Source of the DNA: Candidatus Daviesbacteria bacterium RIFCSPHIGHO2_02_FULL_43_12
Lineage (GTDB): Bacteria; Patescibacteriota; Microgenomatia; Daviesbacterales; UBA10151
Assembly: GCA_001776775.1 (NCBI GenBank)
Contig: MFDD01000014.1
Location: 126,053 to 190,052 of the forward strand
DNA: 64,000 nt
Reading direction: 5' to 3'
Below are positions 9,004 to 18,328 of the stretch, piece after piece. The position numbers and the translations under genes were made by a program. Each line of letters opens with the position of its first letter. Within the stretch, counting starts at the first letter, position 1. The notes under the pieces were generated by a model. That model did no database searches. It worked only from the letters and a program-made list of their open reading frames with translations, and was not told where the DNA came from.

Positions 9004-9483
9004 ATGGCGTATTCCGGAGAAAGCTTGGTTAAAACTTCAAAACAAGTTGTCGCTCAATTAAGATCTTTAGGGATATCCACACCGAGCTTGGAAGAACCAG
9101 TCGGACAGTTCCTCTGCTCTATTGCCGCTGATGCTGCCAACTCAACCCTGGCATTTTACTTTAGAGTCAACCAAGATGGTACAAGACCTAACTTTTTAGT
9201 AGCAATATCCGACCCACCTGTTGATATATCTAACTGGAGTCAGTGGATTAATAAGTATCGTAGGGACAGATCCCAGCTTCTACTCGCATCTCATGCCCAG
9301 CTGAGATATAGCTTGCAACCTCACCTACTCTGTAGCTTGGACACTCCTCGTGGAGGAGAGCTTGATAGTATCAGACAGGCTATGCAAAGAATACAACCTG
9401 GAGGAATCTATCGAGCTTGGCCATATACTAGATACGAGCTCCTTGCTTTCCTAGACCTTCACCCTTCTCAAAAGATTCACTGA
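9004..9483 (+). CDS. Hypothetical protein
   Basis: 159-aa ORF co-directional with and immediately downstream of the asparaginase-like gene. No recognisable motif. Confidence 0.3.
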   Translation: MAYSGESLVKTSKQVVAQLRSLGISTPSLEEPVGQFLCSIAADAANSTLAFYFRVNQDGTRPNFLVAISDPPVDISNWSQWINKYRRDRSQLLLASHAQLRYSLQPHLLCSLDTPRGGELDSIRQAMQRIQPGGIYRAWPYTRYELLAFLDLHPSQKIH

Positions 9484-9527
9484 AATCCTTGGTTGATTTT
9501 CATATCAAATCACTAGTAGAAGAGGGG

Positions 9528-11354
9528 TTAGCTTTTTAAAATACTTAAGAAAGCTTCTTGGGGGATCTCCACTCGACCGATCATTTTCATCTTTTTCTTA
9601 CCCTTTTTCTGCTTATCTAATAACTTGTCTTTTCTCGTTCTATCTCCGCCATACATTCCAGCAGTGACATCTTTTCTAAAGGGACTGACCGTTTCTCTGG
9701 CGATAATACTCCCCCCAATGGCAGCTTGAACAGCGATCGCAAAGTTTTGTCTGGGTAAAACCTCTTTTAGTTTCTCTACCATCCTTCTGCCGGTCGCTTC
9801 TGCCCGTTCTTTGACTAAAATCATCGAAAGCGCATCGACTTTTTCTCCGCCGACCATAATATCTACCCTGACTGCCTCAACATCTCTAAACTCTAAAAAG
9901 TCCCAGTCTAATGAGGCAAACCCGGAAGACACTGATTTGAGCTTGTCATAAAAGTCGGTGATCATTTCCGACAGAGGCATTTCATATAGCAGCTCAACCT
10001 GCATTCCGTAATGTTGCATATTCACAAATTTTCCTCTTTTGTCCTGAATCAATTCCATGATTGTCCCGATATATGGCTGAGGGGTAAAGACCGTCAGTTT
10101 AACCCAGGGCTCTTTAAGGTCTTTAATTCCACTGCTCACATCCAACTCTGAAGGGCTATGAATAGATACACCAGCTTGCATATATTCAACTGAGGGAGCG
10201 GTGGCCAATAGATCGACATTAAATTCTCCGGATAGCCTCTCCTGCACCACTTCAGCATGAAGCAGCCCCAAAAACCCACAGCGAAACCCAGACCCCAGCG
10301 CAGCTGATTGTTCGGCGACATAAGAAAAAGCTGGGTCATTGAGTTTAAACCTAGACAGAGCTTCTTTTAATTCAAAATATTCCGAAGAATCCAGCGGATA
10401 AAGCCCCACATAAACCATCGGCTTTACTTCTTTATACCCAGGCAAAGGTTCAACTTCGTTTATGGTTAATGGTTTATGGTTTATGGTTCCTGTTTCTGCC
10501 GATACACCATCTACCATATACGATAAACTAGTAATAGTGTCGCCTACCCTAACCAAATCAGAAGTCTTAATTCCGGTGGCGATATATCCGATATCACCGG
10601 CTTTTAACCCATCATTAGGGGTCAGTTTAGGCGAGAAAAACCCGGTTTCTAAGACCTGCCCTGTGGCTTTAGTTCCCAAAAAAGTGAGGGGGGTTTGATT
10701 GGGTGGCGTTTGGCCCTCGACAATTTTGACCTGGGCTACTACTCCTTTATAAGTATCAAAAAAAGAATCGAAGATCAAAGCCCTTAGAGGTTTGTCTACC
10801 TCCTGTTTGGGGGCTGGAACTCTTTCGATAATCGCCCGCAGAATCTCTGCTACCCCTAGACCGCTTTTGCCAGAGGCTAAAATAATCTCTGATTCCAGAA
10901 ATCCGAAAGTATCCACTAATTCTTTGGTACATTTTTCAACATTGGCATTAACCAAATCGACTTTGTTAATCACCGGAATAATCACTAAGTTTTGCTCCAG
11001 GGCAGCTAAACCATGCGACAGAGTCTGGGCCTGAATACCTTGGGTCGCATCAACCAGCATGATCGCTCCCTCTACGGCGGCCAGCGCCCGGGAGACTTCG
11101 TAGGAAAAATCGACATGGCCGGGAGTATCTATTAAGTTTAGAGTGTAGAGTTCGGAGTTCAGAGTGTACGATAATCTGACTGGGGCGAGCTTGATGGTAA
11201 TTCCTCGCTCTCTTTCAAGATCTAGCGAATCGAGCATCTGTTCCCCCATTTTATCTTTGTTGATAGCCCCTGTAATTTCGAGAAACCGATCAGCCAAGGT
11301 TGACTTACCGTGATCGACATGAGCAATGATCGAAAAATTTCGGATATTAGCCAT
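9528..11354 (-). CDS. lepA: Translation elongation factor 4 (LepA)
   Basis: MANIRNFSIIAHVDHGKSTLADR is the LepA/EF4 G1 region. DTPGH, NKVD and the C-terminal LepA-specific tail are present. I placed the start at the internal ATG (11354) because the ORF's 12-aa N-terminal extension is atypical. Confidence 0.9.
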   Translation of the reverse strand: MANIRNFSIIAHVDHGKSTLADRFLEITGAINKDKMGEQMLDSLDLERERGITIKLAPVRLSYTLNSELYTLNLIDTPGHVDFSYEVSRALAAVEGAIMLVDATQGIQAQTLSHGLAALEQNLVIIPVINKVDLVNANVEKCTKELVDTFGFLESEIILASGKSGLGVAEILRAIIERVPAPKQEVDKPLRALIFDSFFDTYKGVVAQVKIVEGQTPPNQTPLTFLGTKATGQVLETGFFSPKLTPNDGLKAGDIGYIATGIKTSDLVRVGDTITSLSYMVDGVSAETGTINHKPLTINEVEPLPGYKEVKPMVYVGLYPLDSSEYFELKEALSRFKLNDPAFSYVAEQSAALGSGFRCGFLGLLHAEVVQERLSGEFNVDLLATAPSVEYMQAGVSIHSPSELDVSSGIKDLKEPWVKLTVFTPQPYIGTIMELIQDKRGKFVNMQHYGMQVELLYEMPLSEMITDFYDKLKSVSSGFASLDWDFLEFRDVEAVRVDIMVGGEKVDALSMILVKERAEATGRRMVEKLKEVLPRQNFAIAVQAAIGGSIIARETVSPFRKDVTAGMYGGDRTRKDKLLDKQKKGKKKMKMIGRVEIPQEAFLSILKS

Positions 11355-11398
11355 GCGGGTATTGTAGCTTAAGTAAACGTGGTGAAGCAATTTAAAAG

Positions 11399-13039
11399 TC
11401 AGACAGAGGTTGTCTCTTTGGAAATCTCCTCAGTCTTCACCCGAACCCGGAGCTTAGTAAACTTATTAATCAGATCCCAAAAAGTATATAGTTCACGAAC
11501 TTTTAACCACCAAACGACCCATATATAGATTCCTAATCCAAAGATAGAAGCAACTCCGGTCAGGAAAATTAAATTAAGCGTATGGGTGGTATCGACTACT
11601 TGCTGATCCAAAGCCTTTACTGGCAAATAGAGGGCGATTGCCGCAATGACCGCAGCAAGAAGCATCTTGATCGCCGGATAAAAAAGTAACGGCATCGAAA
11701 AATGGTCGACTTTTTTATGTAATAAATGAAGCAGTAAAATCATAGACACGATACTGGTAATGGCATAGGATAAGCCTAGGCTCCAGACATCTAAATGGAA
11801 AAACAGCACAAAAGTACTACTCAGCGCAATATTCAGAATTACTGTCCCAACCGAGATAAACACCGGAGATTTGGTATCCTTTAGGGCATAAAACCCTCTC
11901 ACCAGCAGCAAAATGACCGACTGAGCGCTGAGTCCAAGCGCCAATAAGGCCACTGTTCGACCGGTTAACACGGTATCGTCCCAAGTAAATTGAGAAGCCC
12001 CAAAAACCAAGCGGACTAAGGGAATCCGGAGCACTACCAACATCGCGGTAGCTGGTAATGTCAAAAAAAGAATCTGATGAAAAGTGGTCAGGAGTGTTCG
12101 TTTAAAAGCTTCTTTGTCAGTTTCAGCCTGCTCCTTAGAAAGAACCGGTAAGGCAGCCTGGGCGATAGTTGCCCCAAAAAGCCCAATCGGTACTGTTTGT
12201 AAATGTTGGGCAAAAGTCAAAATAGTAATCGCCGAGCTGTTATTAATCACCAACGAGGCCAACGCCGTACCTACTACCTCATTAAGCTGCTCAACTGCCA
12301 AACCTATATTTCGAAAACTCATTAATCTAACTACTTCTCTAACCCCGGAATTAAAAAAATTAAAGGAGAATTTATAGCGATATCCAAGCGAGCTGACCAG
12401 GGGAATTTGGATTAAAACATGCAATAAGGCTCCTATGACCACTCCAAAAGCTGGTCCGGTGATCCCTAATACCGGCGAGAGTAAAATACCAATAATCATC
12501 CCTAAGTTATAAAAAAGTGGGGCAATTGACGGAACAATAAATCGCTGGTGAGACTGTGCGATGCCCACAAAAAATGCCCCAACTACTAAAATGATTTGCC
12601 CTAGCAAGATGATGCGGGTCAGGTCGTCCGTCAGGGCTTTTTGAGAACCACTAAATCCGGGAACAATCAAAGAATTGATGGGTCCAATAAAGATAAAGGC
12701 GAAAAGGGCAACCACCCCAAAGAGAGTTAGGGAAAGGTTTAGAATATTATTAGCAAAACACATGGCGTCTTTTTCACCGTTTTTGCTTAAATGCTCTGTG
12801 AAAACTGGAATAAAAGCTACCGATAAAGCTCCGAAGATCAAAAGCTGAAAAAGCAGATCAGGCAACCTAAAGGCTGCAAAAAAAAGCGATGCCTCGGCCG
12901 AAGAAAAATTGTGAACCAGGAGTCTATCCCTAATCAGGCCCAGAAATTTTGAGGCAAATACTGCCATCATCAAAATAGATGCTCCGGATAAAATACTGCT
13001 TTGTCGGGAAGAAAGTATCGCTAGAAGATTTTTGACCAT
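11399..13039 (-). CDS. murJ: Lipid II flippase MurJ (MviN)
   Basis: N-terminus ASKFLGLIRDRLLVHNFSSAEASLFFAAFRLPDLLFQL and 14-TM topology are typical of the MurJ/MviN MOP-family flippase. Length 546 aa. Confidence 0.85.
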   Translation of the reverse strand: MVKNLLAILSSRQSSILSGASILMMAVFASKFLGLIRDRLLVHNFSSAEASLFFAAFRLPDLLFQLLIFGALSVAFIPVFTEHLSKNGEKDAMCFANNILNLSLTLFGVVALFAFIFIGPINSLIVPGFSGSQKALTDDLTRIILLGQIILVVGAFFVGIAQSHQRFIVPSIAPLFYNLGMIIGILLSPVLGITGPAFGVVIGALLHVLIQIPLVSSLGYRYKFSFNFFNSGVREVVRLMSFRNIGLAVEQLNEVVGTALASLVINNSSAITILTFAQHLQTVPIGLFGATIAQAALPVLSKEQAETDKEAFKRTLLTTFHQILFLTLPATAMLVVLRIPLVRLVFGASQFTWDDTVLTGRTVALLALGLSAQSVILLLVRGFYALKDTKSPVFISVGTVILNIALSSTFVLFFHLDVWSLGLSYAITSIVSMILLLHLLHKKVDHFSMPLLFYPAIKMLLAAVIAAIALYLPVKALDQQVVDTTHTLNLIFLTGVASIFGLGIYIWVVWWLKVRELYTFWDLINKFTKLRVRVKTEEISKETTSV

Positions 13040-13143
13040 TTAATTGCTAATTATACGCGGCAAAGAGATTTACAACAATGTGTGAAAAAAGGATGGAAAT
13101 TTGTAGATTGCCTAAAGACGTCACTCATGGTAAACTTCTCCTC

Positions 13144-13389
13144 ATGCCTATCATCAAAAGTGCAAAAAAGAAAATGCGCAAAGACAAAAAGCGCACCTTA
13201 CTAAACGACCTGATCCAAAAAGATCTCAAGAGTCTGCTAAAAAATGCTCGTCGAGAGCCATCTGTCAAAACTTTTTCGGCAGTTTTTAGCAAACTTGATA
13301 AAGCAGTCAAAACCCACTTAGTCCACGCCAACACGGCTGCTCGTTTAAAAAGCCGTTTAGCTAAATCGGCGGCGACTAAGTCAGCTTAA
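13144..13389 (+). CDS. rpsT: 30S ribosomal protein S20
   Basis: MPIIKSAKKKMRKDKKRTLLN...HANTAARLKSRLAKS matches the S20 signature (MANxKSAxKR...). The start is at the internal ATG; the upstream in-frame extension of the ORF is unlikely to be real. Confidence 0.8.
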   Translation: MPIIKSAKKKMRKDKKRTLLNDLIQKDLKSLLKNARREPSVKTFSAVFSKLDKAVKTHLVHANTAARLKSRLAKSAATKSA

Positions 13390-13427
13390 AACTAGTACAG
13401 ACCTTTTAATTTTGCTATGCTTAGGGT

Positions 13428-13991
13428 ATGGCTGCCCCTAAAAAAGACAATCTGCACCGTCTTAAGGTTAACCTGCTTTATCCCCAGGGTTCACCAAGTA
13501 AAATTTACGTTAAATTTATTAAGTGGCTTCTCTCCTATGGACGGTTTATTGTGATGGGTGTAGAGCTGTTGGTAATTGGGGCTTTTGTACTTCGGTTTCA
13601 ACTGGATGCAAAGCTCTCGGATCTTAACACCCAAATTGGGAGACAAGTGCCCTTTATAGAAAACCTTCGAGAAGACGAGGCCTTAGTCCGCAGAGCCCAA
13701 TTCAAATTACAAACTATCAAAACTAACTTTGCCCAAACACCGCTGTGGAGTTCCCTGCTGGGCAAGATCTCAAGTCAGCTGCCTCCAAGTATTGTACTAG
13801 AAGGTTTTAACTTAGATTCCAAGGAAAAGATCTGGGAATTTAGAATCACTGGTAGTGCTGTCTCTAATAAAGATTTAGCACTCTTGCTATCCGGTTTACG
13901 AAATGACCCTTCGCTAGTTGGGGTTACATTAATATCTTTAAATTTTGATCGAGGGAATATCTCTTTTGTTATCACTGGGAGTTTTGAATGA
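13428..13991 (+). CDS. PilN-like type IV pilus/competence assembly protein (N-terminal TM + coiled coil)
   Basis: Single TM helix (LLVIGAFVLRF) followed by a coiled-coil and a periplasmic domain. It is the first of three short co-directional genes with PilN/PilO/PilP-like architecture. Confidence 0.35.
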   Translation: MAAPKKDNLHRLKVNLLYPQGSPSKIYVKFIKWLLSYGRFIVMGVELLVIGAFVLRFQLDAKLSDLNTQIGRQVPFIENLREDEALVRRAQFKLQTIKTNFAQTPLWSSLLGKISSQLPPSIVLEGFNLDSKEKIWEFRITGSAVSNKDLALLLSGLRNDPSLVGVTLISLNFDRGNISFVITGSFE

Positions 13992-14590
13992 ATCCATATT
14001 ATTCTCGTTACTATACTTTTGTAAAACCACTCTTGCGTAATAAATACGTTCAGAGTTATTCCTCAATTACCTTTAGTTTGGTGCTTATTATCGTTTTTGT
14101 TATCTTTGCTATCAAACCAACCCTGGTTACGATCATCGCCCTAGAGAGGAGTATTGATCAACAAACCCAAGTCCTGCAAGAGCTCAAAGATAAAGGAGTC
14201 AATTTATCTCGGGGCAAAGATAATTATTTAAGCCTAGACCGAGATCTACGAAATACCATGGAGAATCTAATTCCCAATACAACAGATGTTACAGGAATTA
14301 TCAGCTCTTTGAATAACTTGAGTCTCGCCGGTCAAGCCTCGGTTTCTGGAATACAGGTTCAGCCTACGGAATTAACCATCAAAGGAAAAGTTCTGAAAAA
14401 AAATAGTACTTTAGCAGAAGTGTTTTTTACTCTTAATATTTTAACGACTTACCAGCAAGCTGTCTCTTTCTTAGATGCATTGGTTACATCCCCTCGACTT
14501 TTTGCGATTGATTCCATCTCGATGGGTGCGCGCAAAGACACAGATGGATTGCTGGTTACAATTAATGGCAGGGCCTTTGTTCTACCTTAA
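13988..14590 (+). CDS. PilO-like type IV pilus assembly protein
   Basis: N-terminal TM (ITFSLVLIIVFVIFAIKPTL), a coiled-coil segment and a C-terminal beta-rich domain. 4-bp overlap with the upstream gene. Confidence 0.35.
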   Translation: MNPYYSRYYTFVKPLLRNKYVQSYSSITFSLVLIIVFVIFAIKPTLVTIIALERSIDQQTQVLQELKDKGVNLSRGKDNYLSLDRDLRNTMENLIPNTTDVTGIISSLNNLSLAGQASVSGIQVQPTELTIKGKVLKKNSTLAEVFFTLNILTTYQQAVSFLDALVTSPRLFAIDSISMGARKDTDGLLVTINGRAFVLP

Positions 14591-14593
14591 TTT

Positions 14594-14902
14594 ATGAATA
14601 AAAACCGTTTAATTATTTTAATCGTTACGACTATAGCTGTGGTGACATGGGTCGCTTCGCAAGTCATTTTTGCCAAACCAAGCACCCCGGTCCCTGCTAA
14701 CCTGCAGTCAGCTCTTGAACCAGTCTCTCCTGATTTTGACCAAGAAACTCTGGCTAAAATTGCCAAAACTATCAAGCCTCTACTGGTTCAACAAGTGCAA
14801 GTTATCCGCAGTAGTCCATCACCCACCCCATCAATCAAACCAGCCACTCCCAGCGCTAAACCGACCGCATCAAACGCGGCTTTGCCTGGAGGTGGGCAAT
14901 GA
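14594..14902 (+). CDS. Small secreted/membrane-anchored Pro-rich protein (PilP-like?)
   Basis: Signal/TM segment then a Pro/Ser/Thr-rich linker (PSPTPSIKPATPSAKPTAS). Position within the pilus-like cluster. Confidence 0.3.
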   Translation: MNKNRLIILIVTTIAVVTWVASQVIFAKPSTPVPANLQSALEPVSPDFDQETLAKIAKTIKPLLVQQVQVIRSSPSPTPSIKPATPSAKPTASNAALPGGGQ

Positions 14903-15825
14903 AACTCACTTCTCCTACTCGAATTCCCACTATTCTTGGATTAGGCTTACTCTTTACCGCCCTTTTCCTCGGAATATCTATCTATCTTTATAACCTTGAG
15001 CTGGCGAAACGCACTAATGTTGCTTTTCAGCCAAAAGATATCCAGGTTATAAACCTAACTGATAACTCTTCAACTATTATCTGGCAAACCGGTGCCGAGA
15101 CGACAGGAAGTTTACTTTGGGGACAAAATAATTTTGATTCGATGCAGGAAGATGATCGAGACGATAAGTTGCCTTCGCCTCATCAAATCCATATCGTCAC
15201 TCTCAAACATCTCTTGCCGGAAACAACTTATACTTACAAGATAAAGAGCAGTCAATCGATCTATCCGGGGAAATATAGTTTCAAAACTCTAGGCAAGATA
15301 AACCACCCAAGTGAAGATTCAATTAACAAACCCCTTACCGGCAAGATCCTGGGTGGCGATCTTGAACCCGTGACCGAGGCCCTGGTGTTGCTACAGCTGG
15401 AAAATTCCTCTCCTCTGGGGGTAGTTACTTCAACCGCCGGAAATTTTATTCTACCCTTAGCTGACCTTCGCACCCAAGATTATGCGCAGTTTATTGTTAT
15501 ACCTCCCACCACGGAGGCTACCCTCGCCATACTCAAAGGTAACACAGAAACAAAGGTCAAAGTCGTTCTTCCCAGAGAGAAAACTCTTCCGCCAATTATC
15601 CTAGGTCAGCTTAACGATTTTAGCCAGATAGCAACGAGCAGTGCCTTGATGGCCCCCAAAAACCCGTTTGATCTGAACAGTGATGGCAAAATAAATTCAG
15701 TCGATCTTTCAATCATTTTCACCAATTTCGGGAGGAAAAATTCTCCGGCCGATGTCAGTGGAGACGGTTTCGTTGACCAGAAAGATGTCGATTTAATTAA
15801 GAAATCTCTGGAGGATTTGCCCTAA
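14899..15825 (+). CDS. Membrane-anchored protein with FN3-like domain and C-terminal dockerin type I repeats
   Basis: N-terminal TM. The C-terminus DLNSDGKINSVD...DVSGDGFVDQKD gives two canonical Ca-binding dockerin repeats (DxNxDGxxNxxD). Confidence 0.45.
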   Translation: MKLTSPTRIPTILGLGLLFTALFLGISIYLYNLELAKRTNVAFQPKDIQVINLTDNSSTIIWQTGAETTGSLLWGQNNFDSMQEDDRDDKLPSPHQIHIVTLKHLLPETTYTYKIKSSQSIYPGKYSFKTLGKINHPSEDSINKPLTGKILGGDLEPVTEALVLLQLENSSPLGVVTSTAGNFILPLADLRTQDYAQFIVIPPTTEATLAILKGNTETKVKVVLPREKTLPPIILGQLNDFSQIATSSALMAPKNPFDLNSDGKINSVDLSIIFTNFGRKNSPADVSGDGFVDQKDVDLIKKSLEDLP

Positions 15826-16471
15826 GAAATTTCTCTATCAAAGAAACAAGTCCGATATCTTCCCGGACTCTTCCCTGTTTGATTTTGAAATCAGTCTCCA
15901 GGATCTCTTGATAGTAAAATGGCAACGCCGCTACAGGAAAAAGTTTCTTTTGAACAGCCAATTTTTGAAGCATAAAGTCGGACTGCTTACCGGATAAGAT
16001 CAGGCGGCGACAACCATAACCTATCATTGCTAACACATACTGGGCTCCAAACTGTTTTAACAATTTTTCGAGTTCTATATAAGCTTGCGGATTTTTCGTA
16101 AATAAAAAGTCCAGAAAGGGAAAGGCTGTCACAGTCTGGCGGGTAGATAAATTCAAAATTTGAGGTTTGAAAGGTTTCGAGGAGATAACTAAGGTTGACT
16201 CGGAGGAAAGCTCCTTCTCAGCAATAAAAACTAGATTTACTCCTTCAAAAACCAGACCGGTCAGATCTAGTTCTGCGGCAGGCTCCTTGACTATAATCAA
16301 TCTATCCAAACCAAATAGACCTTGCACCCCTAACGCCTCTTTTAATTCTTGAATCGTCAGACAAGATCCGTCCAGCTCCAGAATCTCCGCAGCAGGGTGT
16401 TCTTTCTTAAGTTGCATCAAGGCACCGGCAATTTTAGTCTCATCAGTTCCGTAAAGAAAGGTAAGTTTCAT
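15797..16471 (-). CDS. DNA polymerase III delta subunit (HolA)-like, short form
   Basis: MKLTFLYGTDETKI...ELDGS is the typical HolA N-terminal pattern (LYGxDxxL...). Short clamp-loader delta proteins of this size are common in reduced genomes. Confidence 0.4.
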   Translation of the reverse strand: MKLTFLYGTDETKIAGALMQLKKEHPAAEILELDGSCLTIQELKEALGVQGLFGLDRLIIVKEPAAELDLTGLVFEGVNLVFIAEKELSSESTLVISSKPFKPQILNLSTRQTVTAFPFLDFLFTKNPQAYIELEKLLKQFGAQYVLAMIGYGCRRLILSGKQSDFMLQKLAVQKKLFPVAALPFYYQEILETDFKIKQGRVREDIGLVSLIEKFLRANPPEIS

Positions 16472-17673
16472 AAAGAGGGCTTCGCCGATCGAGTTGCTTC
16501 CTGGTCTGCCTGAATTAGGGTTTGGTGGACAAAGTCGGCAATTTTAGAAAAATCCCTATCTTTTGGGATCAAAACCCAAGCTCCTCCATAATCTGCCGGA
16601 GAAGGATTAATAAATAATGAGCCACCATTTCCTAGATCGCCTAAGACCACACTGACAGTCTTCTTGTTGTTTTTGGCCAGGTTATAAAACTCAAGAAATT
16701 TGTCTCTGGGAATATCCGTCTCTACGCTTTTACTAAAGGTCGTATACAAATCAATCAGTTTAGATGGATTAATTAAAGTTGGCAGCGACAGAGCTTTTTT
16801 ACCAAATGCTTCAATTACCAATTGTTGACGTCGTGACCGGGCGAAATCTGACCCCTCACCGTTCGTGCCATGCCTCGACCTGACAAAAGTCAGGGCGATC
16901 GGACCATTTAAGTGATTGCTGCCTTTATCAAAATGAATATGCTCAAAACGGCAAGCAAAGTCCGCTGAAGTTGAGGCAATTTTTCCTTGATCATTAACCA
17001 GCACTTTGGCCTTACCTACCTCGCGATTCAAAGCTTTGGCTTGATCTTCGTTTAAATCCACTTCTTGTTCATGTAGTCCGCAGAGATTATCTTCCTCGCC
17101 GGTGATCGGATACTCATAATCGTCAAACGTAGTCGGCACCTCTATATCTATCCCATCTACCAAATCAATCGCCTTTCCGAATCCATCAAAATTAATTAAC
17201 ACTCCATAATGAATAGTCAGACCTAGGATATCGTCGATTTTATCTTCAGCAAAGCTTAAGCCTGAACCTGTTTTTTTACCAATTTCATATGTCGCATTAA
17301 TCCTTTGTTTTATATTATCCATCCATAGATCCCGCGGGATAGAAAACATCACTGTTTGCTTAGTTTTAAGATTTAAAGAGGCAACAATAATTGAATCAGT
17401 AAGATCGGGTCCTTCATGCGTGCCTCCTCCTATTCCAAAAAGCAAGATATTTACTCTTCCTTCAGTTGACTTAATTGGATCAGCGACCGGTAACCCAGGA
17501 AAAGAGATCCCTCCTGGCTTAAGAGGCGCAAAAATAGACCAAAACAAAGAGAGACCAATCAGTAGACCCACTATGCTTAAAACAAAGAAGATTCGTTTAA
17601 AATTTCTGACTTTTTTGGATTCTCTTTCGCTAACTGCATCAGATAGATCAATTTTTCTAATCTTCATAAACAA
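16468..17673 (-). CDS. LytR-CpsA-Psr (LCP) family cell-envelope phosphotransferase
   Basis: N-terminal TM, then LLFGIGGGTHEGPDLTDSIIVASLN...MFSIPRDLW, the LCP core motif. Confidence 0.75.
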   Translation of the reverse strand: MFMKIRKIDLSDAVSERESKKVRNFKRIFFVLSIVGLLIGLSLFWSIFAPLKPGGISFPGLPVADPIKSTEGRVNILLFGIGGGTHEGPDLTDSIIVASLNLKTKQTVMFSIPRDLWMDNIKQRINATYEIGKKTGSGLSFAEDKIDDILGLTIHYGVLINFDGFGKAIDLVDGIDIEVPTTFDDYEYPITGEEDNLCGLHEQEVDLNEDQAKALNREVGKAKVLVNDQGKIASTSADFACRFEHIHFDKGSNHLNGPIALTFVRSRHGTNGEGSDFARSRRQQLVIEAFGKKALSLPTLINPSKLIDLYTTFSKSVETDIPRDKFLEFYNLAKNNKKTVSVVLGDLGNGGSLFINPSPADYGGAWVLIPKDRDFSKIADFVHQTLIQADQEATRSAKPSL

Positions 17674-18328
17674 TCTTTACAATCTTGACGAACTCTCTGG
17701 CGTCTAAAGAAGCTCCTCCTATCAGCACACCCGAAATATCTGGTTGTTTAATAAAACTTCCCACGTTCCTACTCTCCACACTACCACCATAAAGTACGGT
17801 TAAATCTGGACCATACCTCTCCTTTAAGGAAGTTGCCACCTCCTCTGCATCCTTTGGGGTATCAGGCTGGCCTGAACCAATAGCCTCAATCGGCTCAAAG
17901 GCAACAAGCCTGCAACCATCAGGAACTGGTGTCTGCGTACTTTGGACACAAACTAGGGGAGTGATCCCCGCTTTATCAGCTTGTTTGACTTTTTGGGCGA
18001 TCATCTCATCGGTTTCGGCAAAATTTAAACGGCGTTCAGAGTGACCCAAGATCGCAAGCTGCACCAACCCCACCAGTTCTTGAGCTGATTCTTCTCCGGT
18101 ATATGCTCCGGGTGGAAAGGGTGAGAGGTCCTGAGAACCAACCATTATTGGAAAGTTTCCGGTCAGCACTGATTTATGCACCTCTTCTAGTTCAGTGAAG
18201 CCCGGACAGACAACAATTTGAATATCTTCTCTAGGCCTGAGATGAGGCCCTACTTCAGAAATCCACGTCAAGGCTTCTGTGATATTTTTATTTGACTTCC
18301 AATTAGCAATAATCCAAATTTTCTTCAT
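17657..18328 (-). CDS. tpiA: Triosephosphate isomerase
   Basis: IANWKSN, ILGHSERR, PLVCV, VAFEPIEAIGSG and VLYGGSV are the TIM catalytic and phosphate-binding motifs. Confidence 0.85.
   Translation of the reverse strand: MKKIWIIANWKSNKNITEALTWISEVGPHLRPREDIQIVVCPGFTELEEVHKSVLTGNFPIMVGSQDLSPFPPGAYTGEESAQELVGLVQLAILGHSERRLNFAETDEMIAQKVKQADKAGITPLVCVQSTQTPVPDGCRLVAFEPIEAIGSGQPDTPKDAEEVATSLKERYGPDLTVLYGGSVESRNVGSFIKQPDISGVLIGGASLDAREFVKIVKIVYED

Noticed and set aside
10457-10489. Tandem GGTTTAT heptamer (about 3 copies) inside lepA
   Set aside because: It lies in a conserved, continuous LepA reading frame and has too few copies to behave as a microsatellite. It is probably chance sequence encoding part of …TINHKPLTIN….
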